From an uncultured Bifidobacteriaceae bacterium (GTDB lineage: Bacteria > Verrucomicrobiota > Verrucomicrobiia > Limisphaerales > JADLHS01): a DNA stretch of 38,720 bases. The notes under the pieces are model-generated. The model saw only the letters and a program-made list of their open reading frames with translations, was not told the DNA's origin and made no database searches. Positions 1 through 7,940 of this stretch are shown piece after piece (position 1 is the first letter of the stretch; each line of letters begins with the position of its first letter). The stretch spans positions 1-38,720 of the forward strand of contig CAZCZP010000006.1 of NCBI GenBank assembly GCA_964502895.1. Direction: 5' to 3'. Both the position numbers and the translations under genes were made by a program.

Positions 1-197
1 ACAGAAAACGCTCAGCCGTTGATCCGACGATTGCGTAAACAGCCGACATGGTGTTCAGTCTTCCCAAGGATGGCCAACGCGAAAGCCGAAACGCGTCCCG
101 AGCGGACCCTCAGGCGCATTTTCAAAAATGCACACGTGCGGGCTTGTTTCATTAGCACCTCGCTTTAGCTGGTTGCTAGTGGGCGACTCGGCCACCG

Positions 198-282
198 AAC
201 CGCTTCAGCGGTTAGTTCAGGCTCGCAAACCGCTAAAGCGGTTGGAAACATGGCGACACTTCAACACCCGGCTAAAGCCGCG
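198..282. repeat. REP-like intergenic element: three short stem-loops in series
   Basis: Three stem-loops occur in series. aaccgc-TTCA-gcggtt (198-213) and aaccgc-TAAA-gcggtt (228-243) are near-identical 6-bp stems spaced 30 nt apart. A weaker cggc-TAAA-gccg lies at 269-280. The cluster sits downstream of the dehydrogenase stop at 330. The 78-aa ORF 128-364 merely translates it (..PLKRLE..RLKPRVNEK..). Confidence 0.5.
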
Positions 283-329
283 CGTTAATGAAAAGATCGA
301 AAACACGTGGGGTTCAATTCCGACAACCC

Positions 330-1616
330 TCAGGCTTTCCAGACTTTGCCGGCGTCAACCTTGACGTTCACCATGGCGTTGCGTGTGTCCACGATGCACT
401 GCGCCCATTCGGCGAGTTCGTCGTAATTCACAGCGCGATGCGCGGTCGAAATGAGCACCACGTCGTAACTGGCGATCGTTTCGCGATTCCACGCCACGGA
501 CTTTACTCCCGTCCAGTGGGCGTGTTCGCGCGTGGGACGCACGACCGGCACATGCGGATCGTAATAGGCCACTTCAGCGCCCTGTTGATTCAGCAAGTCC
601 ATGAGCTGGTAGCTGGGGGACTCGCGTTCGTCGTCCACGTTCGCTTTGTAAGCCAGACCGAGGATGAGCACGCGGCTGCCGTTGACGGCTTTGCGCCGGG
701 CGTTGAGCGCTTCGGTGACCCGATGCACGACGTATTGCGGCATCGCGGTGTTGATCTCGCCGGCCAGTTCGATGAAACGAGTGTTCTGGCCGTACTCGCG
801 CGCCTTCCACGTGAGGTAAAAAGGATCAATCGGAATGCAATGCCCGCCCAAACCTGGCCCGGGATAAAACGGCATGAACCCGAACGGTTTGGTCTTCGCG
901 GCATTGATGACGTCCCACACGTCAATGCCCATGGCGGCATAAACGATTTTCAATTCGTTCACCAACGCGATGTTCACACTGCGGAAAATATTCTCGAGCA
1001 ACTTCGTTGCTTCGGCCACACGGCACGAACCCACGGGCACCAGAGATTTTATCGCGCGCCCGTAGAGCGCCTTGGTCCGTTCGAGACAGGCCGGGGTGTA
1101 GCCGCCGATCACCTTCGGGATTTGGGCCACGACGCTGTCGGGGTTGCCGGGGTCTTCGCGTTCGGGCGAGAACGCCAGATGAAAATCCGTGCCGGCCTTC
1201 AAACCCGAGCCGGCTTCAAGGACGGCGCGCAAGTCAACATCCGTCGTCCCCGGGTAGGTGGTGGATTCGAGCACCACAAGCGTGGCACGCTGCAAGTGCG
1301 GCGCAATAGCCTTGCCCGTCTTGATGATGTAGGAAATATCCGGCTCGCGGTTCTTGTTGAGCGGCGTCGGCACGCAAATGATGACGGCCTCCACTTCGGT
1401 CACTTTGGAAAAGTCGCTGGAGGCCTCCAGCTTGCGTTCGCCCACCATTTTCTGGATCGCGGCGCTGTCAATGTGCGCGATGTAGCTTTTCCCACTGTTA
1501 ATGGACTGAACCTTGGAGGAATCAATATCCAGACCGACGACTTCCACGCCGCTGCGCGCGAATTGCAAGCAGAGCGGCAAACCGACATAACCCAAACCCA
1601 CGATGGCAATTTTCAT
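330..1616 (-). CDS. Nucleotide-sugar dehydrogenase (UDP-glucose/GDP-mannose dehydrogenase family; UDP-N-acetyl-aminosugar dehydrogenase type, WbpA/WecC-like)
   Basis: 428-aa ORF. It has an N-terminal Rossmann motif KIAIVGLGYVGLPL and a catalytic-Cys motif GLGGHCIPIDPFYL, typical of the UDP-GlcNAc/ManNAc dehydrogenase branch. Length is right for the family. Confidence 0.9.
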   Translation of the reverse strand: MKIAIVGLGYVGLPLCLQFARSGVEVVGLDIDSSKVQSINSGKSYIAHIDSAAIQKMVGERKLEASSDFSKVTEVEAVIICVPTPLNKNREPDISYIIKTGKAIAPHLQRATLVVLESTTYPGTTDVDLRAVLEAGSGLKAGTDFHLAFSPEREDPGNPDSVVAQIPKVIGGYTPACLERTKALYGRAIKSLVPVGSCRVAEATKLLENIFRSVNIALVNELKIVYAAMGIDVWDVINAAKTKPFGFMPFYPGPGLGGHCIPIDPFYLTWKAREYGQNTRFIELAGEINTAMPQYVVHRVTEALNARRKAVNGSRVLILGLAYKANVDDERESPSYQLMDLLNQQGAEVAYYDPHVPVVRPTREHAHWTGVKSVAWNRETIASYDVVLISTAHRAVNYDELAEWAQCIVDTRNAMVNVKVDAGKVWKA

Positions 1617-1896
1617 AATTGAGCATTTCGAGCATTTCGTAAACGGCGGCGGGAAGATGCATGTACTGCGCCGAAGTGGAAAGTATGTTTTCTACTGACC
1701 GGAAAAAGGACGAATACGGATAATCATTGTCGGTGGAAATCGCGGGGTGTTTCGTTTAGCTGATGATTGCGCGAGAAAGGCGAGACAACGAGCAAGTGGA
1801 CTGGAGGCTTTCGCGCAACACGCAGGGATTGTTTCTCCAGCCGATCCGACATCACTGCAACACCGAAACGCCAGGCGACGGAATTCGACCGTGGAA

Positions 1897-2928
1897 TTAG
1901 GGCGGGCGCGTGTCCAGGATCCTTCGCGCTGAGCGGCAAACAGCCTCAGCGAGTTCCCGTGGCTTGACGACCACAGCGTCGCCGCCCCAACTCAGCACCC
2001 AGCGCTCGATTTCGCCAAGGCTGGAAAGCCTGAATCGCAGCTCCACGCCGCCGCCCTTGAGTTCTCGCAACAGTTGCGACTCATGCCATCGCTTCTCGCG
2101 GACATAATCGGCCACCCGGGCGTTGAACCGCAGCACGACACCAAATTTGCCTTCGCCGGAATGAACACCGAAGCTGTCGCGCAGCCGCTGATCCAGCGAA
2201 AATCTCTGGGGCCGCTCGAACGTCCGGCCCGTCGGCTGCACCGCCTTCACGCGCGCGGGAACGAAGGTGCGGATGTCCTTGCGGGCATGATCCCAGGCAA
2301 ACAGAAACCACTCGCCGTTGATGTTGGCGAGGTGATACGGATCAACCAGACGTGGTTCGGTTTCTTTGCTCCCGGGCTTGCGATAGGCCAGTTCGATCTG
2401 CTGGTGATGCGCCGTGGCTTTGGCGAGGGCGTCAAAAATTTCCAAATCCAGGATTGGCTCGGCGCGTGTGCGGAAAGAAATGGTCTGTTCAAATTCGGCG
2501 AGGTTGAGCGAGATGGTATCCGGCAACGATTGCTCCATTTTCTTGATCGCGCTGAGGAGCGGTTTCTCGAAGTTCGTGCCACGATATTGCTGGAGGGCCT
2601 TTTCCGCGACGATCAGCGCGAAGAGTTCGCCTTCGGTGATTTGCACCGTCGGGAAGGCGCTGACTTCCTCGGTGTAATGGTAGCCGAAACGGCTGGCGTC
2701 ATATTCGATGGGCAACTGCAAACGGTCGCGCATGAACTCGAGGTCGCGATGAATGGACTTGGCGCTGACTTCCAGTTCGCGGGCCAGCCGCGAAGCATTG
2801 GGGAATTTTCCGGCTTGAAGCGCTTGATGGATGCGCAGCATCCGCTCCAACGGCGGACGGGACAATGGCAGACGAGCCTCGTTCTTCTCTTGTGCTTCTG
2901 AGATCAGACGTTTGTCTCGCGCAGTCAA
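1897..2928 (-). CDS. HTH + WYL domain transcriptional regulator
   Basis: The N-terminal winged-HTH segment (RMLRIHQALQAGKFPNASRLARELEVSAKSIHRDLEFMRDRLQLPIEYD) is followed by a WYL-type core (VDPYHLANINGEWFLFAWDHARKDIRTF) and a C-terminal extension. The ORF-track start is TTG at 2928. An internal TTG at 2865 would give MSRPPLERM.., which resembles family N-termini, so the start is uncertain. Confidence 0.85.
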   Translation of the reverse strand: MTARDKRLISEAQEKNEARLPLSRPPLERMLRIHQALQAGKFPNASRLARELEVSAKSIHRDLEFMRDRLQLPIEYDASRFGYHYTEEVSAFPTVQITEGELFALIVAEKALQQYRGTNFEKPLLSAIKKMEQSLPDTISLNLAEFEQTISFRTRAEPILDLEIFDALAKATAHHQQIELAYRKPGSKETEPRLVDPYHLANINGEWFLFAWDHARKDIRTFVPARVKAVQPTGRTFERPQRFSLDQRLRDSFGVHSGEGKFGVVLRFNARVADYVREKRWHESQLLRELKGGGVELRFRLSSLGEIERWVLSWGGDAVVVKPRELAEAVCRSARRILDTRPP

Positions 2929-2946
2929 CGGTGAAGCTGGGTGGAA

Positions 2947-4080
2947 TCAACTCCCCTTGTCGAGCTTGGCGAGGAGTTCGTCGTTGGTCTTATGCTTCTT
3001 CAAGGCAGCGACGAGTGTTTCCATCGCCTCGATGGGATTCAAATCCACCATCATGCGGCGGAGTTTGCGCACGGCTTCGATTTGATTCTTGGGGAACAAC
3101 TTTTCCTCTTTGCGCGTGCCGCTCTTGGGAATGTCAATGGCGGGAAAAAGGCGGCGGTCGGAAAGCTTGCGATCCAGAATCAACTCCATGTTACCCGTGC
3201 CTTTGAACTCCTGGAAAATGAGTTCATCCATGCGCGAACCCGTGTCAATCAGCGCGGTGGCCAGGATGGTCAGCGAGCCGCCGCCTTCGATCTTGCGGGC
3301 GGACGCAAACATCTTGCGCGGGATTTCCAACGCACGCGCATCCACACCGCCGGTCATGGTGCGTCCGCTGCCGCCGTGGACGCTGTTGTAGGCGCGGGCG
3401 ATGCGTGTCAAGGAATCCATCAGCACGAACACGTCTTTGCCGCTCTCGACCATCCGGCGGCAACGCTCGATCATGAAGCGCGAAAGGCGGACGTGGGTTT
3501 CCAAATCCTGATCGTTGGAGGAAGCAACGACTTCGGCTTTGACGGAGCGTTGGAAGTCGGTGACTTCCTCGGGTCGCTCGTCAATCAGCAGCACCAGCAC
3601 GTGAACTTCGGGGTGGTTTTCCGTGATGGCATTGGCGATTTGCTTGAGGATCGTGGTCTTGCCACTGCGCGGAGGCGAGACGATCAACCCACGCGTGCCC
3701 TTGCCGATTGGCGTGACCATGTCAATGACGCGGGTCTCGATCAGGTCGGGGCTGGTTTCGAGTTTGAACTTCTCGATGGGGTCAATGGTGGTGAGGTTCT
3801 CGAACCGAACCGCTTTGGTGTATTCGTCAAAGGACATGTCATTGACCTTCTCCACCGACTTGAGCTGCGGGCTGGTGCCGCGATGGGGCGGCTGCGTGGG
3901 GCCGGCCACGTGGCTGCCCTCGCGCAGGAAGCTCCGTTTGATCGTGTCCGGCGTGACGAAAATGTCGGTCGGCTTGGGATGAAAATGATTGGTCGCTGTC
4001 CGAAGAAATCCGAAGCCCTTCTCGGAAATCTCCAGATAACCGGAACCGTAGTCCGCCGCGTTACTGTTGCCGCTGCTCAT
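2947..4080 (-). CDS. rho: Transcription termination factor Rho (short form without N-terminal helix bundle)
   Basis: OB-fold RNA-binding motif GFGFLR, Walker A PPRSGKTT, LLIDERPEEV, and TALIDTGSRMDELIFQEFKGTGNMEL, colinear with E. coli Rho from about residue 50 onward. An in-frame TAA at 4129-4131 lies upstream of the ATG. Confidence 0.95.
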   Translation of the reverse strand: MSSGNSNAADYGSGYLEISEKGFGFLRTATNHFHPKPTDIFVTPDTIKRSFLREGSHVAGPTQPPHRGTSPQLKSVEKVNDMSFDEYTKAVRFENLTTIDPIEKFKLETSPDLIETRVIDMVTPIGKGTRGLIVSPPRSGKTTILKQIANAITENHPEVHVLVLLIDERPEEVTDFQRSVKAEVVASSNDQDLETHVRLSRFMIERCRRMVESGKDVFVLMDSLTRIARAYNSVHGGSGRTMTGGVDARALEIPRKMFASARKIEGGGSLTILATALIDTGSRMDELIFQEFKGTGNMELILDRKLSDRRLFPAIDIPKSGTRKEEKLFPKNQIEAVRKLRRMMVDLNPIEAMETLVAALKKHKTNDELLAKLDKGS

Positions 4081-4300
4081 AATTGTATCGTGTCGTCGAA
4101 GGTTCGGAATAAATCCCCGTAAACCTGTTTAGAACTTAGAATTTTGGGAAGCTGCCGCGCCGGCTAACTTCGGGAAACACACATCCGCACGCAGCTATCA
4201 GACCTTCAACTGGCCCACGTTTTACGCACAAACGTCCTGGAGCGCAACACTTTTTTCGCAATAGTTGCGCGCCCCGGCGGGACTCCAATCCACCGCCACC

Positions 4301-5284
4301 TCAGCCCCCAACCGCCGCCCTGGCCTCGGCCGCCAACGGAGTGCTCAGATAACGCTCTCCCGTCGAGCAGGCGACCGTCACGATCATCTTGCCCTTGTTT
4401 TCAGGGCGCTTGGCAATTTCGATGGCGGCCCAGACGTTGGCGCCGGTTGAAATACCCGCCAGAATGCCTTCCTCTTTGGCCAGCCGCCGCGCCATAGCAA
4501 ACGCGTCGTCATTGCTGACCTGCACACACTCTGTGATCTGCGGGCTTCCTTTCCCGTCCTTCAAGTGAAGGTTCGCCGGGACAAAGCCCGCCCCGGTTCC
4601 TTGAATCTTATGCGGGCCGGGTTTGAGCGGTTGACCAGCGAGTGTCTGCGAAATAACCGGCGAATCCTTCGGCTCGACGGCAATCGCCTGAAACGAAGGC
4701 TTACGAGGCTTGATGACTTCATAGCAACCGGTGATCGTGCCGCCCGTGCCCACCGCCGCGACGAGAATATCCACTTTGCCAGCGGTGTCGTCCCAGATTT
4801 CCACGGCGGTCGTCTTGCGATGAATTTCGGGGTTGGACGGATTCTCGAATTGCTGGGGTATCCACGAATTCGGGGTTTCCTTCGCCAACTGTTCGGCCTT
4901 GGCAATGGCGCCTTTCATGCCTTCGGTGCCCGGCGTGAGCACCAGTTTGGCGCCCAACATCGCCAGCAAAGTTCGCCGTTCCAGCGACATGGTTTCCGGC
5001 ATGGTGAGGATGAGTTGATAACCCTTGGCGGCGGCAACGAACGCGAGGGCAATCCCCGTGTTGCCGCTGGTGGGTTCGATGATCACCGTGTCCTTTTTGA
5101 GCACGCCCTTCTTCTCGGCTTCCTCGATCATGGACATGCCGATACGGTCTTTGACGCTTCCGAGCGGATTGAAGAATTCGCACTTCAGCAGGATGGTGGC
5201 GGGCAGGCCAGCGGTGACACGATTCAAGCGGACCAGCGGCGTTCGGCCAACCGTTTCTACGATGTCATTGTAAATGCGTCCCAT
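4301..5284 (-). CDS. cysK: Cysteine synthase A (O-acetylserine sulfhydrylase)
   Basis: Motifs [14 protein letters not shown]-lysine [17 protein letters not shown] and GTGGTITG. The start is trimmed to ATG 5284 (MGRIYNDI..). The 20-aa extension to 5344 has no family counterpart. Confidence 0.93.
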   Translation of the reverse strand: MGRIYNDIVETVGRTPLVRLNRVTAGLPATILLKCEFFNPLGSVKDRIGMSMIEEAEKKGVLKKDTVIIEPTSGNTGIALAFVAAAKGYQLILTMPETMSLERRTLLAMLGAKLVLTPGTEGMKGAIAKAEQLAKETPNSWIPQQFENPSNPEIHRKTTAVEIWDDTAGKVDILVAAVGTGGTITGCYEVIKPRKPSFQAIAVEPKDSPVISQTLAGQPLKPGPHKIQGTGAGFVPANLHLKDGKGSPQITECVQVSNDDAFAMARRLAKEEGILAGISTGANVWAAIEIAKRPENKGKMIVTVACSTGERYLSTPLAAEARAAVGG

Positions 5285-5374
5285 AAAATTGTTCGGGCTT
5301 TTGGTTTTGGAGATTTTGACCAAACACAACTTCAGGGCAAGCACTTTTCCTGAAGTCGAACCGGTTGGGCAGGC

Positions 5375-5406
5375 AAAAAGTGTCTTAACGCAAGGGCGTT
5401 AAACAC
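5375..5406 (-). terminator. Intrinsic terminator-like hairpin (minus strand) between the PQQ-propeller gene and cysK
   Basis: The minus-strand RNA reads GUGUUUAACGC-CCUU-GCGUUAAGACAC followed by UUUUU. This is an 11-bp stem with one bulge and a 4-nt loop. It lies 217 nt after the upstream stop and about 90 nt before the cysK ATG. Confidence 0.55.
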
Positions 5407-5622
5407 GCGCTTCCGAATAGTAGGCGCACGTGTTAAACTGTGCCATCGAATGAAAGCGACGGGTGTGGAGAAGGGGTCTTATCGGGTTGCCTTGATAGCT
5501 TTGAGTCATGTCAACGCAGCCCTACATTTCTCGGCGTCGGTTCCTGAGCACGCCATGGCTGCGAAGTAGTCATTTACTGCTCGGGGCAATGTGGGCTGAC
5601 AGGCATGCCGGCGCTCCCAGGC

Positions 5623-7095
5623 TCAGTTGACGGCGATGCAATAAAGGTTCTGGTGGCCGCGGATGAAAAGTTCCTTGCCGACGATGGCAATGGAGGCGTC
5701 GGTCTTGTCTTCGAGTACGTTCGTGGCGAGGACCTCAATTTTCGGTCCCTTCTTTAACACCGCGCAAGTGCCGTTGCGCCCGAGAACATACACACGGTCC
5801 TTTGCGGCCACCGGCGAGGCATAGATACCATTCACGCCTTCGAGCCGTTGTTCCTCGAAATGTGGTTTGCCGGTCTTCGCGTCGAAGGAGGAGAAAATCT
5901 GTTCATTGCCTTTGGCGACGTAAATCTGGCCATCCACCAACAGAGGTGACGGCACGTAGGGCGTGTTGCGATTGTAACTCCAGCGGACTGCCGGCGTGCC
6001 GGCCAGATCGCCGGTGTGGCCCAGCGCAAACGCAAACAGGGCGCTGCCGCGAAAACCGCTCGTGACATAGACCGTGTCCTTGTCGGCGACAGGACTGGGA
6101 ACGGCATTAGCGGTCTGGCCCGCGCACGACCAGATTTCCTTGCCCGTCTCCAAATCGTAACTGCGAACTTTGCGGGTAGAGTTCACGACCACCTGGAATT
6201 TTTTGTCGTGCTCCACGATGAGTGGTGTGGACCAGCCGGTGTCATCGCTGCGGGGCGTTTTCCAGAGTTCTTTGCCGGTACGCGCATCCAGCGCCGTGAT
6301 GAAATCGTTGTCGGTTTCGTCATCCCAATTGATGACGACCTTGTCGCCGTGCAACACCGGCGATGCGCCCTCGCCGAAACTGTTCCGCGTCTGCATATCG
6401 CCGAAATCCTTGGACCATTTCAAATTCCCATCCAAGTCATAACAATAAAGCCCACGCGAACCGAAATACGCGAAAACCAGTTTGCCGTCGGTGGCTGGTG
6501 ACGCCGAAGCAAAGCCGTGATCGCGATGGTGGCCTTCGTGCGGGATTTCTTCGCGGGCGATTTTCTGCCAGAGCACTTTGCCCGTCTTGCGGTCATAACA
6601 AAGGACTGTGAACTGATGAATTTCACTCGGCTTTTCGCCGCGACCAAAACCGCCGCCAGGGCCGCCCGGACGCCGGCCAGGAGGACGCGCTTCCGGCGGA
6701 GCCGCCTGCGCCAACAGCTTCGGCCGCTCGGAACCATAACCTGCCAGGCGTTCCCGGTTTCGTTCCGCGAGCAACTGTTCGGCATCCAAAGAGGAAGATT
6801 CAGTTGAAGGAGGTTGGACCGGCTTTGCGACCTTGACGGCCGTGAGGATGAAGACCTTGTCGCCCCAGACGATGGGCGTGGACGTGCCGGAGCCCGGGAC
6901 TTTGACTTTCCACTTCACGTTTTTTGTTTCGCTCCATTCCAACGGTGGGTCGGCTTCGGGCGCGACGCCGGTTGCCAGCGGCCCGCGCCATTGCGGCCAG
7001 TAGCGCTTCGCTTCGTCCGTTTGGGCGACCGCGGAAGCAGTGGAAAAGGTCAAAGCGAGCGCAAAAAATCCTGTGGATTGGGACAAAGTTCTCAT
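5623..7095 (-). CDS. Secreted PQQ-like beta-propeller repeat protein (BamB/PQQ-enzyme-repeat fold)
   Basis: Signal peptide MRTLSQSTGFFALALTFSTASAVAQT. Repeated blade-like segments follow (..GDKVFI.., ..DGKLVFAYFGSRGLYCYDLDGN.KW.., ..TGKE.W..). A Pro/Gly-rich low-complexity insert is present (PPEARPPGRRPGGPGGGFGRG). Confidence 0.75.
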   Translation of the reverse strand: MRTLSQSTGFFALALTFSTASAVAQTDEAKRYWPQWRGPLATGVAPEADPPLEWSETKNVKWKVKVPGSGTSTPIVWGDKVFILTAVKVAKPVQPPSTESSSLDAEQLLAERNRERLAGYGSERPKLLAQAAPPEARPPGRRPGGPGGGFGRGEKPSEIHQFTVLCYDRKTGKVLWQKIAREEIPHEGHHRDHGFASASPATDGKLVFAYFGSRGLYCYDLDGNLKWSKDFGDMQTRNSFGEGASPVLHGDKVVINWDDETDNDFITALDARTGKELWKTPRSDDTGWSTPLIVEHDKKFQVVVNSTRKVRSYDLETGKEIWSCAGQTANAVPSPVADKDTVYVTSGFRGSALFAFALGHTGDLAGTPAVRWSYNRNTPYVPSPLLVDGQIYVAKGNEQIFSSFDAKTGKPHFEEQRLEGVNGIYASPVAAKDRVYVLGRNGTCAVLKKGPKIEVLATNVLEDKTDASIAIVGKELFIRGHQNLYCIAVN

Positions 7096-7212
7096 GTGTT
7101 TTCAGTGAATTGACGGCTTGTTGCGTAACCAATAACGGCTCCGGAGACACAGCGCAAGCCGCGCTTCCGTTTTTTCTTGGCTCGGCTTCCGAGCCGTCAT
7201 ACCTTGCGCCGC

Positions 7213-7845
7213 ATGAGAAGCAATCTGCTTTCCGCCTTAATCATCACCGCAACATTCACCGCCACCACCGCGGTTCGGGCCGACGTTGAGCCGGGCTTTA
7301 CCGCGCTCATGGACGGCAAAACCTTCAACGGCTGGAAAATCGCCGAAGAAAACAAGGAGACGTGGAAAATCGAAAACGGCGCCTTCGTCGCCAAGGGTCC
7401 GCGCTGCCACCTTTTTTATGAGGGCGACGGCAAGCCGTTTAAAAACTTTCATCTCAAGGTCGAAGTGATGACTGAGCCAAATTCGAATGGCGGAATTTAT
7501 TTCCACACAAAATACCAGTCAACGGACTGGCCCAGAGGTGGCTTTGAGTGTCAGGTCAACAACACCCAGAGCGATTGGATTAAGACAGGCAGCCTTTACG
7601 GCATTTGCAATACTGGCCTGTCCATCGCTTGGGACAAGTATTGGTGGACGCAGGAAATAATCGTGCAGGGCAACTCGGTCACCGTGATGGTGGATGGAAA
7701 GAAGGTTGTGCAATATGTCGAACCCGCGGGAGCACAGGCCGGCCAGTTCGAGCGCAAGCTGAGCGAGGGCACGTTCGCGCTTCAGGGCCACGACCCGGGC
7801 AGCACCATCCGATACAAGAACATTCGGGTGAAGCGGTTGGATTGA
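7213..7845 (+). CDS. DUF1080 (3-keto-disaccharide hydrolase-like) domain protein, secreted
   Basis: After a signal peptide the sequence reads GFTALMDGKTFNGWK...W.IENGAF....LFY...FKNFHLKVEV......NGGIYFH......FECQV......TGSLYG, ending with ALQGHDPGSTIRYKNIRVK. This is the typical DUF1080 pattern. The start is taken at ATG 7213 rather than TTG 7177. Confidence 0.8.
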   Translation: MRSNLLSALIITATFTATTAVRADVEPGFTALMDGKTFNGWKIAEENKETWKIENGAFVAKGPRCHLFYEGDGKPFKNFHLKVEVMTEPNSNGGIYFHTKYQSTDWPRGGFECQVNNTQSDWIKTGSLYGICNTGLSIAWDKYWWTQEIIVQGNSVTVMVDGKKVVQYVEPAGAQAGQFERKLSEGTFALQGHDPGSTIRYKNIRVKRLD

Positions 7846-7862
7846 GAAAATCTGAATGCATC

Positions 7863-7898
7863 AAAAGCGTCGGCATTCGCGCCGGCGCTTTTTTGTTT
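7863..7898. terminator. Bidirectional intrinsic terminator between convergent DUF1080 gene and polX
   Basis: The sequence is aaaAGCGTCGGC-attcgc-GCCGGCGCTtttttgttt. A 9-bp GC-rich stem (one G.U pair) is flanked by an A-run on one side and a T-run on the other. Confidence 0.7.
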
Positions 7899-7940
7899 CA
7901 CTGGACCGACAGCAAAATGCCGAGTCTCGGGGCGTGAGCA

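Noticed and set aside
1-49. Possible minus-strand gene start (ATG at 47-49, MSAVYAIVGSTAERFL..) running off the left edge
   Set aside because: Only 16 codons are visible, with no diagnostic motif, so it cannot be supported as a feature.
308-330. tRNA-like T-loop string ggggttcaattcc
   Set aside because: The flanking bases cannot form a T-stem, and no acceptor or anticodon arms can be built. It also overlaps the 3' end of the dehydrogenase region.
128-364. 78-aa ORF in the first intergenic region
   Set aside because: It is a read-through of the hairpin repeat cluster (..PLKRLE..RLKPRVNEK..) and is not a plausible protein.
288-1622. 444-aa ORF on the plus strand
   Set aside because: It is exactly antisense to the well-supported nucleotide-sugar dehydrogenase. 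The translation is Arg/His/Gly-rich with no motifs, which is typical of a GC-rich shadow ORF.
1897-2928. The WYL regulator as a marker of an anti-phage defence island
   Set aside because: No nuclease, helicase, methyltransferase, reverse transcriptase, TIR/SIR2, toxin-antitoxin or other defence-type genes lie within the flanking 5-10 kb. The neighbours are rho, cysK and a sugar dehydrogenase.
2941-4122. 393-aa plus-strand ORF
   Set aside because: It is antisense to rho, has low-complexity Ala/Gly/Arg composition and shows no family signature.
5508-5630. 40-aa mini-ORF with a Tat-like SRRRFLS motif (MSTQPYISRRRFLSTPW..)
   Set aside because: It has no mature domain and overlaps the 3' end of the minus-strand propeller gene. 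It is most likely chance or a relic of a decayed Tat-substrate gene. It would need homologues to be believed.
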